Source of the DNA: Ignavibacteriota bacterium
GTDB taxonomy: Bacteria; Bacteroidota; Ignavibacteria; UBA10030
Direction of reading: 5' to 3'
NCBI GenBank assembly: GCA_963701295.1
Contig: OY969585.1
Span: 1,216,001 to 1,280,000 of the forward strand
DNA: 64,000 nt
Under the pieces are notes generated by a model. That model worked only from the letters and a program-made list of their open reading frames with translations. It had not been told where the DNA came from and made no database searches. Each line of letters begins with the position of its first letter. The first letter of the stretch is position 1. The translations under genes were made by a program, and so were the position numbers. Shown here one piece after another: positions 61,832 through 64,000 of the stretch.

Positions 61832-62881
61832 TTAACACTGTTTTACGAAGTATGTCTTTTCAATCCAAAGTGAAACATTTACCAAACTGATAAGAACGGG
61901 CACTTCTACCAACGGTCCAATGACAGCTGCAAATGCAACGCCCGAATTAATGCCGAAAACTGCGATTGAGACTGCTATCGCCAATTCAAAGTTATTGCTC
62001 GCAGCCGTAAAGGAAAGTGTTGCGGACTTTGCATAATCGGCTCCTGCCTTCTTTGCAAGATAAAATGATATAAAAAACATCAAGACAAAGTAGACAATAA
62101 GGGGGATAGCAATGCGTAGGACATCCAGAGGAATCTTTACAATGTATTCACCTTTCAGCGAAAACATAACCACGATTGTGAATAAGAGTGCTATCAATGT
62201 CATCGGTGAGATTTTAGGAATAAACTTCTGCTCGTACCATTGCTTGCTTTTCAATCGCAACATTGTGAATCGAGTAATTATTCCAGCAAAGAAAGGAATG
62301 CCGAGATAGATAAAGACCCTTTTAGCTATTTGCCCGATTGTTATATCCACCGCAAATGTATGTAAGCCTAACCAGAAAGGAATAACTGTCAAAAACACAT
62401 AGGCATAGACAGAAAAGAACAGCACTTGGAAGATTGAATTAAAGGCAACAAGTCCCGCAGCATATTCCGTATCTCCTTTTGCCAACTCGTTCCAAACAAT
62501 AACCATGGCAATGCATCGAGCGAGTCCAATGATGATCAGTCCCACCATATATTCAGGATATCCACGAAGAAAAATAATCGCAAGAACAAACATCATCACC
62601 GGTCCTACAAGCCAATTTTGGATAAGTGAAAGGGAAAGCACTTTCATATTTTTGAATACATCACCAAGTTCTTCATACTTCACTTTTGCCAGCGGTGGAT
62701 ACATCATTAGAATCAAACCGATGGCAATAGGAATGTTAGTTGTTCCGGACTGAAAAGAATTCCAGAAATGCATGATTCCCGGGAAAAAATACCCGGAAAG
62801 GATGCCTGTAAACATCGCCAGGAAAATCCAGAGCGTTATAAATCTATCAAAAAACGATAATTGTTTTGTCAAAAAAGTCAT
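61832..62881 (-). CDS. acr3: Arsenite efflux transporter Acr3
   Basis: [53 protein letters not shown]. Confidence 0.96.
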   Translation of the reverse strand: MTFLTKQLSFFDRFITLWIFLAMFTGILSGYFFPGIMHFWNSFQSGTTNIPIAIGLILMMYPPLAKVKYEELGDVFKNMKVLSLSLIQNWLVGPVMMFVLAIIFLRGYPEYMVGLIIIGLARCIAMVIVWNELAKGDTEYAAGLVAFNSIFQVLFFSVYAYVFLTVIPFWLGLHTFAVDITIGQIAKRVFIYLGIPFFAGIITRFTMLRLKSKQWYEQKFIPKISPMTLIALLFTIVVMFSLKGEYIVKIPLDVLRIAIPLIVYFVLMFFISFYLAKKAGADYAKSATLSFTAASNNFELAIAVSIAVFGINSGVAFAAVIGPLVEVPVLISLVNVSLWIEKTYFVKQC

Positions 62882-62916
62882 TGTGTGTTCTTTTTCCTTG
62901 CCTATCTCTCATTATG

Positions 62917-63222
62917 TTAATTACAACACGTACCTTCATTGGGGCCGCCGCAGGTAGGAGCTGTTCCATTGAAAGCGCCTTGAATAATTCCCGTTGCACA
63001 ACCGCATCCGTCACCAACGTCCAGTACAATTGCTCCCTGCGGGCAGTTTCTTTTACACGCGCCGCATTCCATACAATAATCTCTACCAGTAATTCGCACT
63101 TTCTTTTCAATGATCTCGAACACCTCATGCGGGCATACCTTAACGCACATCCCGCAATTGTCACATTTTTCTTGAAGCAGTTCGAGTGTTAGAACTTCCG
63201 AAAAATATCTCAGTCTTTCCAT
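62917..63222 (-). CDS. hgcB: Mercury methylation ferredoxin HgcB
   Basis: CDNCGMCVKVCPH and CMECGACKRNCP 2[4Fe-4S] motifs, G.GCA motif, C-terminal CC; 13 nt downstream of hgcA. Confidence 0.93.
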   Translation of the reverse strand: MERLRYFSEVLTLELLQEKCDNCGMCVKVCPHEVFEIIEKKVRITGRDYCMECGACKRNCPQGAIVLDVGDGCGCATGIIQGAFNGTAPTCGGPNEGTCCN

Positions 63223-63235
63223 ATGACTATCTTCT

Positions 63236-64000
63236 TTAGATTGTGATTTCAAGAACAAACAGAATGACAGCGAGTGCAGCGAATATAATCTGAACAGGTA
63301 CTGCAATCTTCATTTCTTTCTTAACACCAGCAAGTGAAGTATAAGTTGATGCACCTGTAAAATTCATAGCGAGGAACGATGAAAAATTTGATATAAAGAA
63401 TATTTCAGCGAGGTTTGCTATTAAACTCCCATCCAGAGAATGGTTCAGGAATAATAGTACCGAGACAATTACCCCTATGATGAGTCCCTTAAATGAAAAA
63501 TTTTGCGTAGGAATATATGGGAGAAGTAATGGAGTAAGAACTAATCCTGCAAGATATCCCGCGGCAATAATTTTTGCAATCGGAATAATATTCCTCAATG
63601 CCTGTTGGATTGAATACCCATTTGTATTGATCCCTGAGAGAACAGAGATCACTACTAATAGAGAGAGGAGATAACGAAGGTTATAAATAATATCATTGGG
63701 AATCAGTTTGAGACGATCATACCAATCGAAATTCACGCGTCGCATTTCTTTCGTTGCTTTGTAGCCGGCATGGATGAATGACTGAATATCCGAAGCTCTC
63801 ACCGGACCATAGATGACCGTAAAACCGGAAGATTCTTTTAAGAGATGGGCTGCAACACCTGTTGCGCCAAGCTGCGGAAGGAGAAGCCGTTTGTGTTTAA
63901 CAATTGTACCGAGCGAAGTCGCTTCTATTCTATACACAAGCTCTCTTGTTCCAAATGTTCCTTTTCCAGCTGAACACCAAACATTGACTCCTTTGGTATC
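63236..64000 (-). CDS. hgcA: Mercury methylation corrinoid protein HgcA; 5' end beyond window
   Basis: Frame is open to the window edge: DTKGVNVWCSAGKGTFGTREL..., LPQLGATGVAAH, YGPVRASDI, TM domain, MNFTGASTYTSLAGVKKEM. Confidence 0.95.
   Translation of the reverse strand, partial: DTKGVNVWCSAGKGTFGTRELVYRIEATSLGTIVKHKRLLLPQLGATGVAAHLLKESSGFTVIYGPVRASDIQSFIHAGYKATKEMRRVNFDWYDRLKLIPNDIIYNLRYLLSLLVVISVLSGINTNGYSIQQALRNIIPIAKIIAAGYLAGLVLTPLLLPYIPTQNFSFKGLIIGVIVSVLLFLNHSLDGSLIANLAEIFFISNFSSFLAMNFTGASTYTSLAGVKKEMKIAVPVQIIFAALAVILFVLEITI

Noticed and set aside
63236-64000. CdhE/AcsC corrinoid Fe-S subunit or fused HgcAB paralogue
   Set aside because: It has the Cys cap helix, a C-terminal TM domain and a separate downstream hgcB

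Overview
This is a gene-dense bacterial chromosomal window, most likely from an Ignavibacteria/Kryptonia-like member of the Bacteroidota-Chlorobiota supergroup. The assignment is inferred from a T9SS/Por-type QNYPNPFNP C-terminal tail, a Bat operon, and canonical sigma70 promoters with Shine-Dalgarno sites. 1-28.9 kb is mostly housekeeping: the 3' end of an ABC-F gene, a class II aldolase, a nucleotidyltransferase-GHMP kinase fusion, hrpB, ldh, a moxR-DUF58-bat operon, an orphan response regulator, an aminotransferase, typA, mfd and a GIY-YIG nuclease. It also holds an exported Cys/Lys-rich protein, a candidate 6S-like RNA and a secreted cupredoxin. 29.2-58.2 kb is a co-oriented ~29 kb amino-acid biosynthesis super-cluster (ilvD-ilvB-ilvN-gltBD-ilvC-cimA-aroF-leuA-leuC-leuD-proC-leuB-hom-thrA-apgM-thrC). 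It sits behind an unannotated Leu/Ile/Val/Thr-rich leader peptide and carries several inserted genes, including a Cys-less racemase homologue, a Tam-like methyltransferase between leuC and leuD, and a frameshifted LysE. ilvB has a duplicated N-terminus. 58.8-64 kb is a metal(loid) island: the mercury-methylation genes hgcA (5'-truncated by the window, motif NVWCSAGK) and hgcB lie directly upstream of acr3. These converge on a divergent pair of ArsR units, one driving a ~20% Met repeat protein and the other a SAM methyltransferase plus a flavin reductase. No tRNA, rRNA, CRISPR array or transposase was recognised. All calls come from reading motifs by eye; no searches were run.
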